Assembly (NCBI GenBank): GCA_951406725.2 | Contig: OX597818.1 | Coordinates: forward strand, 101,494,001 to 101,558,000 | Source: Octopus vulgaris | Lineage: Eukaryota | Reading direction: 5' to 3' | DNA length: 64,000 nt | In this document: positions 29,050 through 43,307 of the stretch, one piece after another | How the letters are laid out: every line of letters starts with the position of its first letter | Position numbering within the stretch: position 1 is the first letter of the stretch | Program-made: the position numbers and the translations under genes | The notes under the pieces: generated by a model | Seen by the model: only the letters and a program-made list of their open reading frames with translations | The model's database searches: none | What the model was told of the DNA's origin: nothing

Positions 29050-29723
29050 AGTTAACAAGAATTGTATTGGCATTTATACATTTAGGCAGGTTTAAAGGGG
29101 TGTTGGTGGGGGATTTTTTGGGGGTAGGCATAGCGCAAAATATCATACTTGGGGGAGTGGTCAAGGAGTCAGTGTTAAATTAGATAGAAGAATAAATAAA
29201 AAATAAAAAATAAAAAATAAAAAAATAAAATAAATAAAAAAAAAATATATATATATATATAAATATAAAAAAAAGGGGGAATAGAGTTTTAGGTAAATAA
29301 GGAGATTCTCACTTATACCTATGCACATATGTATACATATATACACACGCATACAAACATATATACATATACATACACACATACATACACACACATATAT
29401 ATATATACATATATATACACTTACACATGCATATACATATCTACACATACACATATATGTATACATACACACACTCACATGCAGACACGTATACACACAT
29501 GTATATATACACACACGACCACACATACATATACACACAGAAAAATATATATACACATACACACACATACTCACATACACGCAACATAACATACACCATA
29601 CACACACAACTCACATACACACACACACACAAATCCACACACACACATGCACACACAGCACACTAGTCCCTATATACACATATATACACATACACACATA
29701 TATACACACACATACATATACAT

Positions 29724-29777
<54 letters not shown>

Positions 29778-30186
29778 GTGTACCTATGCATACCTACACA
29801 TACACACATATATATATACACATACGAATACAGACCCATTCCCTAATTTTAATTTTATTATCTTCGTTTATTACTTTTGTTATCTTTGGCCGCTTGGTCA
29901 CAAACATCTTGGCTATGACAGCCAGTCCATTTATCTGTCTACTGGAAAACAAGCACTCATTCACTCACGCACACTCTTTAGCACGTACACTCACTCATTC
30001 GTACACTCATACACATACACGCACGCACGCGTTATATTCATACATACATACATCTACATACATTCACGTATATAAACATACGTACGCGTACCTACAGATT
30101 CATGTCTACACTCTTAGAAGGCTAGTCTATACATATACACCAATAAATATAAATACACACACATACACGTACACCTACATACAACT

Positions 30187-30246
<60 letters not shown>

Positions 30247-30682
30247 TCTCATATATATACACATATATACATACACATACATACATACACATATATACAC
30301 ATATACACACATATACACATATATACACACATACACATACATACATATACACACATACACATACATACGTATACATACATACATACATCCATACATCCAT
30401 ACATACATACATTTATACACATACATACACCCACATACATTTTTTTAATTTTTTTTTAATATTTATATATATATATATTTTTTTATATTTTTTTTTATTT
30501 ATTTTATTTTTTTTATTTTTTATTTTTTATTTTTTATTTATTCTTCTATCTAATTTAACACTGACTCCTTGACCACTCCCCAAGTATAATATTTTGCGCT
30601 ATGCCTACCCCCAAAAAATCCCCCACCAACACCCCTTTAAACCTGCCTAAATGTATAAATGCCAATACAATTCTTGTTAACT

Positions 30683-30733
30683 AGCTTCCTGAAGATTTCT
30701 CTTGAATGAAACAGTTCTAGTCCTGTAGAAGCT
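30683..30733 (+). ncRNA. Type I hammerhead ribozyme
   Basis: Perfect stem I agcttc/gaagct, CTGAAGA, stem II ttc/gaa closed by U.U, GAAA, stem III cag/ctg, GUA triplet at 30725-30727. Confidence 0.8.
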
Positions 30734-30816
30734 CCTTCTATATAATAAATTAATTTTACTCTGCTATGTATTGAGTACCTTATTTACTGTGGTTAACCCC
30801 GAATCAACCCGGGACC

Positions 30817-30856
<40 letters not shown>

Positions 30857-31500
30857 AGTAGAGTTACACGGCGTTGCCCGTGTTACATGCAATTGAAGAA
30901 TTGGACTTTTTGTCGTATATTTTCTGTAGTTAACTGGAATACTTTTGTTTCGAATTTCATTGCAGATGGAGGTTATTTCCCTCTTTACACGCCCGAAAAA
31001 AGATTGTAAAATATCAAGTGTATTTATTTCTGCATAAGTTCTACTCAAAATATACGAATTTTCTTCGAAAAGGCAATAAAATTAGTAGTCGTTATATATG
31101 TACCATAAAAGGACGAATTATACATTTGTGCTAACCAGACTTTGATTAATAAGAAAGCATGTAACACAAATGTTAACTTCGTATAATTAGAAATTACGCA
31201 ATAGATTTGAAATATTTACGGTAGAAGGTTTTGAAGTCTTCAAATTTTGCAATATAATTCTAACATACTTATCTAAAACTATATTTATCTTGGCTTTATT
31301 TATTCACTCATGAGATTCAGGATGTACAAAACAATTACTACAGGAAATTTCAGATCTCCTGAGTTAATATTTTCTCGACATGTGTAGATATATAAAACAA
31401 TAATCTCCGTAATAATATTTATATCGAATGCATTAAAACATTTTATATCAAATGGGAACATTTTATATCAAATATAAAAAAAATATCATAGTTTACTTAC

Positions 31501-31544
31501 ATAAGAGAAACGGAGAGAATGAGCACGAACATTATATTTCGCAT
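31501..31544 (-). CDS. Predicted start / signal-peptide exon (MRNIMFVLILSVSL-I)
   Basis: ATG at 31544 and strong donor AT|gtaagt in phase 2. Joined to the 21550 exon it reads MRNIMFVLILSVSLINA-LNSTT. Confidence 0.62.
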
Positions 31545-31947
31545 ACTGTTTTATATTTCTCGTTTTTCAGCAATTCAAATTTCAAATATCTCAATCAGAT
31601 TTCTTCATGAAATCCCAATGCTTGTCAAAGTGGAGCAGAAGGACTTATGGGTATTTAGTAATAAGAAACAGCTCAAATATCATTCATGTAATATACATAA
31701 AATGACTAATAATCGTTATGCTTCGGTGTCGAACAAAGGCTTTAAATCAAATGGATCTCAATGACGTTGCATGATAATTGTTGTAAACTTGAAATCCTGT
31801 ATCGTAGTGCACATACCTATGCACATAGACACACACATACATATACACAGAGGAAAAACCCACACAAGTTGGTCGAGGAAGTTAAGCGTATGGACCTGCT
31901 TGCAATGTATATCTGATATCGATTGCATCGATAACCAGCTAGTGGTG

Positions 31948-32006
<59 letters not shown>

Positions 32007-32269
32007 ACTTATAAACGAAAGCAAAGGAAAAATTATTTGCATGCTTAAATGCTGATAACACACTTTATTTGGTCAATTTCCACATATCATTCATATCATC
32101 ATATCATTAAACACTAAAAATATACGTAGTGCTGAAATCGGGAAACTAGCCAAAATAATTTTTTTTTAAATGTTTGTTATTTCTATATTAAATCATTTTC
32201 GGAATTAAATCCCAGGGATTTTGTTACTCTTCAATAGAAAATACGAGAAGAAATAAATGAAATACTTAC

Positions 32270-32332
32270 ATGCGCCCATGGAAAAAGAGTAGAAGCACAA
32301 GTCATGTGTACATATAAGTATTCCAGTTATAT
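32270..32332 (-). other. Predicted 63-nt exon (5' UTR or stop-containing exon)
   Basis: Acceptor tcttatatttag|, donor |gtaagt. Phase-2 frame reads YNWNTYMYT*; phase-1 frame is open. Confidence 0.45.
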
Positions 32333-33017
32333 CTAAATATAAGATTCTAAGTTATCAACATATTGGCATGGAAATAACTTTTCTTGTGACCTTGTTTATA
32401 AGCTGTGTATAATTTTTAACCTTTAAAGGTATTTTAATATGCTGCTACTTTTTGATGAATTTTTTTTCTGAAAAAGATTTCATCCTATATTAGTAATAGA
32501 TTTATTACTGACAACATACAAGGTCTTGGGATGCAATATGATCATAAAGATCTACTTGTAGAACTCTAACCTCAACTTTTACCTACAAATCTTGGGTCTG
32601 TCAGGGATGAGCAGGGAGTGAGGTTCTCACCAGGACATTCTGAATATCGAAACCCTGTACAAAGAATGTGAAGCTCTATTATGTTGGTTGATTACTAGTT
32701 GTTCCCTAAAAAGTGCGTTTCCAGAAGCAAAATACAGACGAAAATCTTACTCTTCTATGTTTATGGGTAAGTTTCCTTGTGATATTAACCTAATATTTTT
32801 CATGAAATACAATTGTTTAACATTTTATATATGCTATCACCCAAAAACTATAACTTACGGAAAAAAATGAAAAAACACTTTTGCAGATCAAATTCTATTA
32901 AGTTCGCGTACATTTGTTTCTGCAACAGAATTTTTCATTAATTCTTTTGACCAATTTTAATTATAAACCGTATTTCTGAATCAATTTAGTACATTTATGT
33001 TATGAGTTAACTTGCAT

Positions 33018-33049
33018 TATGACCCGTCTTTGCCGGCTCATAGTGCTAG
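33018..33049 (+). mobile_element. Helitron-like 3' terminus (similar ends at ~61266-61293 on + and ~30853-30884 on -)
   Basis: Imperfect GC-rich hairpin followed by CTAG|t. Confidence 0.45.
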
Positions 33050-33072
33050 TGTATGTATATATGTGTACATAT

Positions 33073-33112
<40 letters not shown>

Positions 33113-34019
33113 TACACATAAAATACAAAATACAAAGTTATATCTTGATATCACTAGTGATAACAATACTCCAAATATATAACAGACTGGAATTGTAGGA
33201 CTATTCAATTTCCGCACGCTAATTTTATTTTTAATCTACTCCCATTCATTTGAAACCACTTATTCAAGTTCATGTCATTGATGCAATTTTATACCAATTT
33301 CTATTTTTGCTTTTGTTATGTTACGATTATATTATAGTTTAGTTTGATTTTAGTTATTACTCACTACATATAATTCAATTGTTATTATTACCTCAAACTT
33401 TCATTGTTAAAGTGAAAGTATCTGACATAAAATGGAGAAATGTTTTGTTTCACTTTTAACACGTAATACTGAAATAGTGGAGAAGATATGATATTGCTAT
33501 GGGCTCGCCTTAGGCAAGAAGTTGAACATTTTTTGCCCATGAAACTAAGTAAGGCAGATGTGAAATTTGAATGAAATTGGTTGTGTACTTCTCAAGTTTT
33601 AGGGAATCGTAGTGGAGAAGATATGATATTGCTCTGGGCTCGCCCTAGGCAAAAAGTTAAAGATTTTTTTGCCGATGACACTCCCCGGACTCTACGTAAG
33701 GCTTCTGTAAAATTGGTTGTGTAGTTCTCAAGTTTAGGGAAACAGACAGACAGACAGACAGACACACATTCTCAGTTTTATATAGAGAGAGATTACTCTT
33801 TTACATAAAACCCATGCCTGATAGAAACTTCTAAAATCAGATTCGGAAAGTTCACTTTCGTGGGACAAGAAATAGTTCGAATTTTGTTGACCAGTGTTAT
33901 CAAAGATAACAGAATATTTGAATATAGTCCATTATAAATATCAGTCACTAAACTGGAGATACAAAAGTTTGAGAAATTCGAGAAATTAAATATATTACTC
34001 AGCTTAGTAGAATATATTT

Positions 34020-34450
34020 ATTCTACTCTAAGCACAAGGCCCAAAATGTTGTGGGGATGAAAGCTAGTTTATTAGATCGACCCCAGTACGCAACTGGTAC
34101 TTAATATATCGACCCCGAAAGGATGAAAGGCAAAATCAACCTCGGTGGAATTTGAGCTCAGAACGTAAATACAGGCGAAATACTCCTAAGCATTTCACCT
34201 GGCGTGCTGAATTTTCTTATTTCTGTACCGCCAACAACGGGCTACACACAGAGAGGACACACAAGGGCAGACAAATGGATTAAGTCGATTATATCGACCC
34301 CAGTGAATAACTGGTACTCATTTAATCGACACCGAAAGGATGAAAGGCAAAGTCCACCTCGGTGGAATTTGACCTCAGAACGTAGCGGCAGACAAAACAC
34401 CGCTAAGCATTTCCACCGGCGCGCTAACGCTTCTGCCACCTCACCGCGTT
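34020..34450 (-). mobile_element. Two tandem tRNA-derived SINEs
   Basis: B-box-like gaggtcaaattcc; same family as 54237-54740. Confidence 0.8.
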
Positions 34451-35269
34451 TAGGTCTATATATTGATATAGCATAATATACATTTAATTTCGATAAATCT
34501 AACTCCTAGTTACCACAGAATAGAAAAAGGGAAAACATCGGTAATCGTATATAAGAGCAAAAATAGGGCTATATCTTAGTTGCCTATTGGCATAATTATG
34601 ATGATATTATTATTTTTATCATAAATATTACACATATAGGGAGTTTAATCTTGGATTATAAATTAAATAAGTATAGATATAAAGATAAATGTAATATTAT
34701 GTATGTTTGTAGTGTAGGAAATATTTTCATTTTACATCCTGGCATCTTGTAATTAGTTCCTCTTATCGTTGAATCATAATTGATTTAGATTTACTATTTT
34801 AATTACAAAGGAATGCGTCAGGTCCACATAGCTCACACCATCTATTGCTACCCTTATACGGTTTTGCGTTATATTCCATGAATCAAGCAATATTATATTC
34901 ATTATTCGTATGTATAAGAGAGTGTGTGAATTTGCCAACAACCGCATAATTAGCCTTGTTTGTATAACTCAATGTATATTTCTGATCATTCCTTCGAAGT
35001 TTGAATTACGAAGAGGATGCACCATTAAAAACATGTCATCTATAAGAGACATGTCCACTATAAGAGCAGTAATAGAATACTTATATACTAAAACCTTGTT
35101 TCTGAATGGGACACATTGATTTATTTCGACAGCTAGTTGAGTAATTTAGACAATTGATAGGTATAATCGGTTCAGTTAAATTATCAATAACAGTATTGTA
35201 ACTAGAATTTAGTATATTTATTGCCTGCTGTAGATTTAATATTAAGATTGCTTATATTGTTATAGATTG

Positions 35270-36110
35270 TTGTATTTTGTGTAGTATTATTTGTCGTATT
35301 ATTGTTAGCTGTACGGTTTAATTAACAGCAATTAAATCTAGCTATATATATTCACGTGACTGAAAGTGGACTAACCGAATAGAATATATAAGAACTGAGT
35401 GAACTGACCGGGGATAGTTGACGGTGTTAGGTCGATCGTGTAGGTTTATCGTGTTAATTCGACGTGCGTTAGTTTTACAGCCGGTTGGTTCAAAAATGAA
35501 AATTTGAGCATGGTTCCTATATTCGAGTAGTATAGAGTGCGTTCTCTCATTGGTTATTTTTCATAACCACAACCAGTTATTTATTTATTTGTGGTTATTA
35601 TGTCATGGGTATACACCAAACCTGTATACCCATGACATAATAGTTATGTCGGCGAGATTATTCGAAGTTCATTCTAGACCGATTTTTGCTTGAACATGGA
35701 AGGTTTACTAGTTTCGAGAATACAATTACAGAAACAGGAACAACAACAACAACAGAAGGTTTTGGAATTTCATATGTAACAGTAACTCTTAGTGCAACTG
35801 ATACAGAAGAAACCTGAAAATGCATCTAGTTCGTTCACCTTCGACACTGTCGCAAGCTCTATCGGAGAGTTCGCATATAACAAAGAACAGTGTACTACCT
35901 TCTCTGCTTATTTTCGAAGATAAGAGGAATTTTTTAGAGAAGAAGGCTGCGATTGGCAAGACGAGAACAGAGACACAACTTTGTTGAGAATGTTGGCAGA
36001 AGCCGAGCATGAGAAATGTTGAAATTACATATCACAAAATATCTGGGTGAAGTTTGTTTTGAAGAAACGGTGAGATATTTTCAGCGAAATATGGTCTGTA
36101 TTTAATACGT
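35270..36110 (+). mobile_element. Degenerate Ty3/Gypsy LTR-retrotransposon relic (gag fragment)
   Basis: SIGEFAYNKEQCTTFSAYFRR*..LRMLAEAEHEK with stops and frameshifts from ~35695; PBS-like tgtcggcgag at ~35647. Confidence 0.6.
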
Positions 36111-36216
36111 GCTGCTAATGCCTGAATATTACAGCAACAACAACAACAAAAACAACAACAATAACATTAGCAATAATAATAATGATAATGATAATAATAA
36201 CGACAACAACAACAAC

Positions 36217-36693
<477 letters not shown>

Positions 36694-36703
36694 CATAATA
36701 ATT

Positions 36704-37453
36704 ATGCCCTGATGCAGTACCAGGCAATGCCCTGATGCAGTACCAGGCAATGCCCTGATGCAGTACCGGGCAATGCCCTGATGCAGTACCAGGCATATGC
36801 CCTGATGCAGTACCAGGCAATGCCCTGATGCAGTACCAGGCAATGCCCTGATGCAGTACCAGGCAATGCCCTGATGCAGTACCAGGCAGTGGCTCTCATG
36901 CCCTGATGCAGTACCAGGCAGTGGCTCTCATGGCTTCTGATCTTAACTGATTGGAAGTGTTATCATGTACATTGTTTTGTCTTGGTATAAAAGATGGGCT
37001 ACAGCAAATATTCTGCTCAATACCACAGATTTGCTTGTCAGTTGTTTGACCTTAACCAGTTGAACATGTCCCTTAGTGGCTGACGATATGTGCATCTCTG
37101 ATCACGAGCAGAAGTAGCGGGGGAGCATCATAGCCATGTGTTGAGAGGGATTCTTTGGGGTTTGAATAATTCACCTCTGGAAACATGGGTGGTTCTTTCA
37201 ACATCCTTAAACAACCCTTATTCAGGGACCTTTTGAGCAGGATGGGCTACTCAACCTGAAGAAAATTCTAACTAGGCCCCACCTGCAAGGTCATGTGCTG
37301 TTTATCTTGATATGAGATCACCATGTCGCGCACATATGGTTGTGATGCATGTGCCTGGAGCACCCTTATCAGACGGGTAGTCATGATGGGTATATTGGGC
37401 TTCGTATATTTTACCCCAGTGTCACTTTGATGGCATGCACTGCTCTCTCACTC
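36704..37453 (-). mobile_element. Non-coding ~550-bp retroposon with reiterated 23-bp terminus, in (TAA)n
   Basis: Nine starts of atgccctgatgcagtaccaggca; the body matches 59850-60503. Strand is inferred. Confidence 0.7.
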
Positions 37454-37491
<38 letters not shown>

Positions 37492-37513
37492 TAATAATAA
37501 TAATAACAATAAC

Positions 37514-37549
<36 letters not shown>

Positions 37550-37550
<1 letters not shown>

Positions 37551-38206
37551 TGTGGAGATGGACAAGAAACAATAAATCATATTATCTCTAGCTGTCCAGT
37601 CCTGGTTAAGAAGGAATATATTCACAGACATGACAGAGTTGGAACCTATATACATTGGAAGCTATGCCAACATTATGGAATAACAACAGAAAAAAGTTTT
37701 TATAGGCACACACCAGAAAAGGTCACAGAAAACGAGAAAGCAACCATACTCTGGGATATGCCGATACACACAGATAGAGAAATTAAGGCCAACAGACCAG
37801 ATATAGTTGTCAGAGATCATGAAGAAAAAAATATTTCTAATTGATGTATCAATACCGGCAGATGACAACGTGTCTCTAAAAGAAATGGAGAAACTCTCAA
37901 AATACAAAGACCTGGAAATAGAGGTAACCAGAATGTGGAATCTGAAAACAGAAACAATTCCTATCATAGTAGGTGCATTAGGCATGATAAAAAAATATTC
38001 AGACAAATACATAAGAAAAACACCAGGACTTACAAACACATATAACATACAGAAAATTGCACTACTAGGCACTGCACACATCCTACGCAGAACGCTTTCC
38101 ATATAATAACCATCAGAGCATCATAACAAATCACAGCACATACCCAAGGCACACAGAGCTGCGCTCGGTAGTGAAGTGAAAGCACGCTATAAAAATGAAA
38201 CTACTG
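37550..38206 (+). mobile_element. 5'-truncated Dong/R4 LINE (zinc knuckle + RLE)
   Basis: Near-identical to the 3' end of 57621-59827; (AAT)n flanks. Confidence 0.9.
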
Positions 38207-40066
38207 AATAATAATAATAATAATAATAATTAGAGCTGAATAAGAAGCAAACAATACAAGAAATATCCGAGGAAATATAATAAATGTAAATCGCGAGAAG
38301 AAGTGAATAACGGCACTCTTATTCAGTCGGTGCTGCCGAAAGTCAGAATTGAAAAGTAGAAGATTAACGCTTCTTTTGGATGTGGAGAATTATACTACAC
38401 ATTCCACTGTCCTAGGAAAAATCGAAAATACTTCAAGTGTGATAAGATAGCTCGTAAACAATCACATGTTAAAACAAAACTTAGAAAACAGTTCACCTGA
38501 GAACAGTCATGTAAACTGTTTATCGGCGAGAGGTAATGCAGAAAAGACTCAAATAAAATGTGTGTATATAAAAAGTATTAATGCTGTTAGATATAGTTAG
38601 TGACATTACATTAATTAATGAAAACATATGGAAAACAATCGCGAAGCGTATACTAGTGAAACCTTGAAGTATGCATGTGGAGTATCGGAAATTAAATTAA
38701 GTTTTAAAGGGGAAAATATCTGTAACGTTGCATTTCGGAGTAAGACTAGAAAACATAAGAAAAATTTGTTTTGACGGGAAGGAACTGTTCGACTTATGGG
38801 ATTTGCTCACAAATAATTTATATAGAAATGTAACGGGACCATGTGCCAGTTCTAATACAGTCAGATAATTTTTAAAAAGGAATGAAACTGTTTTCCCTGG
38901 CCATTATTTTTCCGAGAGAATTGAAACTACAATATGTCTGATAAAATATAGTTATTTTATTTCAATCATTTATAATCAAATATGCAAAGCCTCTTATTTT
39001 TTCATTAATATATTTTCTTCCCAAAATATACTCCACAAAGACATCATTTGCGTCTGTAATGATACCAAATTGCCAAACATCCGCCTATCATAACGCAGAT
39101 TAATAATACGTATCCCATCCATGGTTGGTATTTAACTTTAGACCCGTTATCTTTTTCTGTGGTTGTAGGAGGTTCTCCTGCAATATACAAAAATGAAATT
39201 TTATAAGAATATAATTTATTATTTCATGAATTATCAATATTATCTTAATCCAATTGAGAATTGTAGGCTTCTGAAGCATAGTTGTTCCTTTCCTTTGTGA
39301 GTGTAAAACAGACTTGCACATCGTGAACATCAGTCTAACACTTAATTGCAACAGTTATAAATTTTGGCGGAATTAAGTTATCTCCACGTACATCTTTTTG
39401 ATCATTATTCCAATCCATGCTTGATACGCATATCTAAAGGTTCCATTTTAAGTCCCAGACGATTTGAATTTATGTTCCATTTAACGTACAAACCTCCACC
39501 CTCTGTACTCAAATCATGTTTTGTTGAAGTGTTGAGACATTGGCTGACACGTGTGAGAAAATGAAACTATCATAAGTTAAGGAATTCAAATCTTTCACCA
39601 ATTTTACGCGATTTAATTAGGATGTACCGTGAATATTTCACTTTCATTCTTCTCTCGTAATGCGTTTAAAATATATAATTAATATTACATTGATCGAGTA
39701 AATTAATAGAAAGAATTCGCTTACATATGTACGATGTATAATTGGAAACATGGTTAATATATACATATGTGTGTGTGTGTGATTTGTGTGATTGCCAGTG
39801 TCTGTGTGTGTGTGTGTGTGTGTAAATATTTCAAACAATTAGTGCTCGCCTCGCAGTTATTCCGTAAAACTATTGATAACGTTGTAGCCTCGCGGGTGGG
39901 ATTATTGTCGAAAGATTAATGCCAAAGAATGATAATAGGCGATGTGAAGAATATGCAACCCTCAGATTTCATACTAAAAAGGGCAATATATATATATACG
40001 TACATATATATGTATATTTGCATATGTTTTATTTATTAATTTGTTATTATATATATATATTTATAC

Positions 40067-40104
<38 letters not shown>

Positions 40105-40398
40105 GCGTGTGTGCGTGTACACGTTCAGTAAAACTTTTTGATTATGGTACTTACGTTGTGGCGCTACAATTTAGTATGACATTATCCATACAATTTAAAA
40201 AAAGGTGATTATAATCACAATAAGCAGCAAGTATATCCAGAGGTAATGTAGTACGATCGTTTCATGCGACTGTTCTTTGTGAATATTACTCTACGTATTA
40301 AATCGATATGATGTTTGCATTGTTCAATGAAACGAAGTAGCATGGAACGATCGTGCTGCATTACCTCTGGATATCCTTGTGGATTATATTGATTATAT

Positions 40399-40507
<109 letters not shown>

Positions 40508-40533
40508 ACACATATATATATATTTATATATAT

Positions 40534-40660
<127 letters not shown>

Positions 40661-40744
40661 GCTTGAGTTGCTTTTCATCAGTAGGATTATATGAGATATA
40701 TAATCTAATGCGATGAGGTAGGGAAAAATATGCTAAAATATGAT

Positions 40745-42075
40745 CCCTTTAGTTTTGGTCACAGATTTTTAATTACCGTTTTTTTTTAAACTAAAGAGTT
40801 GAAAATTTCATATACTAGTGTAATCTCTCATGCAGAACACATTTTACCTTGACCATTTTTGAAAAAAACCTTATTTTAGAAGTCATTTCGTGCTAAAGTT
40901 GTTGTATTTCGGCAATTCTCACCAATTAATGGCGTATATTCAGTTGAAGAAATCTACTGCTGTTTTCCAGGGTAAGCGAAGAGGAACAACCTCCGGCTTA
41001 TCTCTACTAAATGGCACAATACTTTTCTATTTCATTGTTGTTTACAGCCTGTGTTGCATATTACACGCTTTTCTTTTTGGTTATCGCATCGGAGTACTCA
41101 GTAAGCAATGACGAATTAACAGGAAGAATGAATAAATACTATTTACCTAAATTTTTTTGTTGCCCGACATCAGTATTCAAAGTGCAGGTCTGTAGTTTGG
41201 GGAAATGTTTGGTTTTATCTACACATAAACCGCACCAGTTTTAAAATACCTATACAGCTATGGGTCCGCAGCTATCTTTTTTATTGTTGAAGTATATATA
41301 GTTTCAACATGTCTTATGTTACAACTATGTGATATATTGAAATTTTAATGATTTTATCTTACTATAATCAACAAAAAACACATTTCGTCAATATAAAAAA
41401 AAATAATATTATCAAAGGATAAAGGTAAAAGAAAACAAATATACTTAGTTTTCTTCCGGACCCTAATAGTATTTCGCGATGTTAGCCAACCGATCTTTCA
41501 TCTGAAAAAATCAGTGGAATTAGTCGATCTCGATACACAAATAATTTTCGTCCTGAAACTATCAAAAATGTACACATATAAGCGTACTTTTCTATGAGCC
41601 AAACACTAAATATTCCAGGTAAAACAATATTGACTTATGCAGAGGAAAATAGTGTAATTGTTGTGACAGTGACTAGTTCACTCGTTGCTTGGGAGTCGAT
41701 AGTGTAGGAGTGCCTGTCCGACAGTAGAGAGGGAAGGAGTAAGGAATGCACGGTGCTGACTAGAAAGGAAGAAAGAATAACATAGGAACAGAACAGTGTG
41801 CTGACATTTATTCCAGGTGACCCAGACGTTGTTCCTCTTTGATTCCTATCGCAAACCCCAGTAGATTTCATCAGCTGAATACACCTTAGTGATTTGGCTA
41901 AAATCACCCTAATACGACAAATTTAACACAAAATCGGTTCTAAAGTACGTACTTTCGTAAAAAATGTTCAAACTAAACCGTATTCTGCGTGAGGAATTAC
42001 ACCAGTACATGAAGTTTCAAACTGCTTAGTTTTAAAAAAATATAATAAAATGTGTGCTAAACTGGACAGATCCCT
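40745..42075. mobile_element. Old non-autonomous DNA transposon with long diverged inverted repeats
   Basis: ~40745-41030 is a diverged reverse complement of ~41790-42075 (e.g. agaggaacaac/gttgttcctct, gaaatctactg/cagtagatttc). Confidence 0.55.
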
Positions 42076-43307
42076 GAAAATGTATTAGGTGCAAATATTT
42101 TTCTGCCTCTAAGATAGATATATCGGAAAATGGTTGGTCACAGAATATTTTATGTGTGACACACTTTTTGTTTGTAACGCACCTTCCCATGATAGGATAT
42201 TGATGAAACTCTTCTTTACAGCTTTACATAATCTGCAATATAGAGATTAGAAATATGTTAGTATTCTAGCTTAATAAATTATGACATTTTGAAAGTAAAA
42301 CTGAAATCTGAAATTAAAACTAACTCGGAAAGCTGTTATATATGACCATTGGGATTATTGAGTGACAAATTCAAGCATTCCTTTCTTATTAGAAATAGAA
42401 CGCAATGCAAAAAGAAAATGCTGTCTAAATAGAAGATAGCTGTGCCCCAAACCGTGTTTAGTTATTTATTTTTATTTTCCCTTTCAATACAAGTGTTTTA
42501 AATGGAAAACCTCTGTTCCCTGTGTCTGAACTAATTGAACATGAAAATATATTCACTTCCAGAGAAATAGTTACGGGAACAATTATGGGGTGAACATGAG
42601 ACGAACGTAATAGAAGTGAGAGCTAAGAAACAGCTGTTCTCGTTCATAGCGCAACATTTTTAGTAGGGATTTAAGTGATGGCGTAACAAACAAGCGCTGA
42701 GAGTTGAGAGTGTGACAGCAGGATCAAGAAGATTTGCAGCTTCACATTCAGTTTTATGCGCATTAACTGAAGATAGTAAAACAGGTTCAGAATAAGAAAT
42801 CCTAGATATAAACTTTATCAACTGTTTTACTCGTCATTTTAAATGCAATTGACAAATACATAGCTGAATTCAAAATTTAGCATCTGTAAACAGATATAAA
42901 CTGCAAAATTTGATTTAACACGTATCACCTAGCGCCTGATGCCCGTGTTTAAATATTAACAAATATGTAAAAGTCTAGCCATATTTATCATAAAACTGTT
43001 TCACAATTCTAAGAGAAAAGGAGGTTCAAGAGTGAAGCAATGCAAACTTAAGAGACATGATAATGTTTCCGACTTTAAACTGGAAAACGGACTACGAACA
43101 GCTATGACTGTACGGTTTCTGATATCATATAAATCTTACTAAACCTGAACACCCTTCACTAGAAGAAGGTGGTCAGCAGATACACAAGTACGCATCTGTG
43201 TTTCGATATGATTTTACAATGTTATAAAACAAATTCTAGAGCAAAGAATATTAAATTGAGAAGCTTTAGCTTAGTTCAAATGTCACTTTAAAAATCATAA
43301 CTATAAT

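Larger units (their letters stand above)
28983..30800. mobile_element. Penelope-type element remnant with ~290-bp inverted terminal repeats and a (CA/TA)-rich interior
   Basis: 28983-29270 is the reverse complement of ~30455-30750; both arms carry a hammerhead. Confidence 0.78.

Noticed and set aside
29321-30448. 375-aa His/Thr/Tyr/Ile-rich ORF
   Set aside because: Low-complexity CA/TA sequence inside a Penelope-type remnant; stop-poor by composition.
36704-36930. 23-bp repeats as a CRISPR array
   Set aside because: No unique spacers and no cas genes, in a eukaryotic context; the repeats are reiterations of an element end.
40210-40397. Hammerhead in a diverged inverted repeat (GAAAcgatcgTA)
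   Set aside because: The core is missing or mutated in both arms; at most a decayed Penelope-type fragment.
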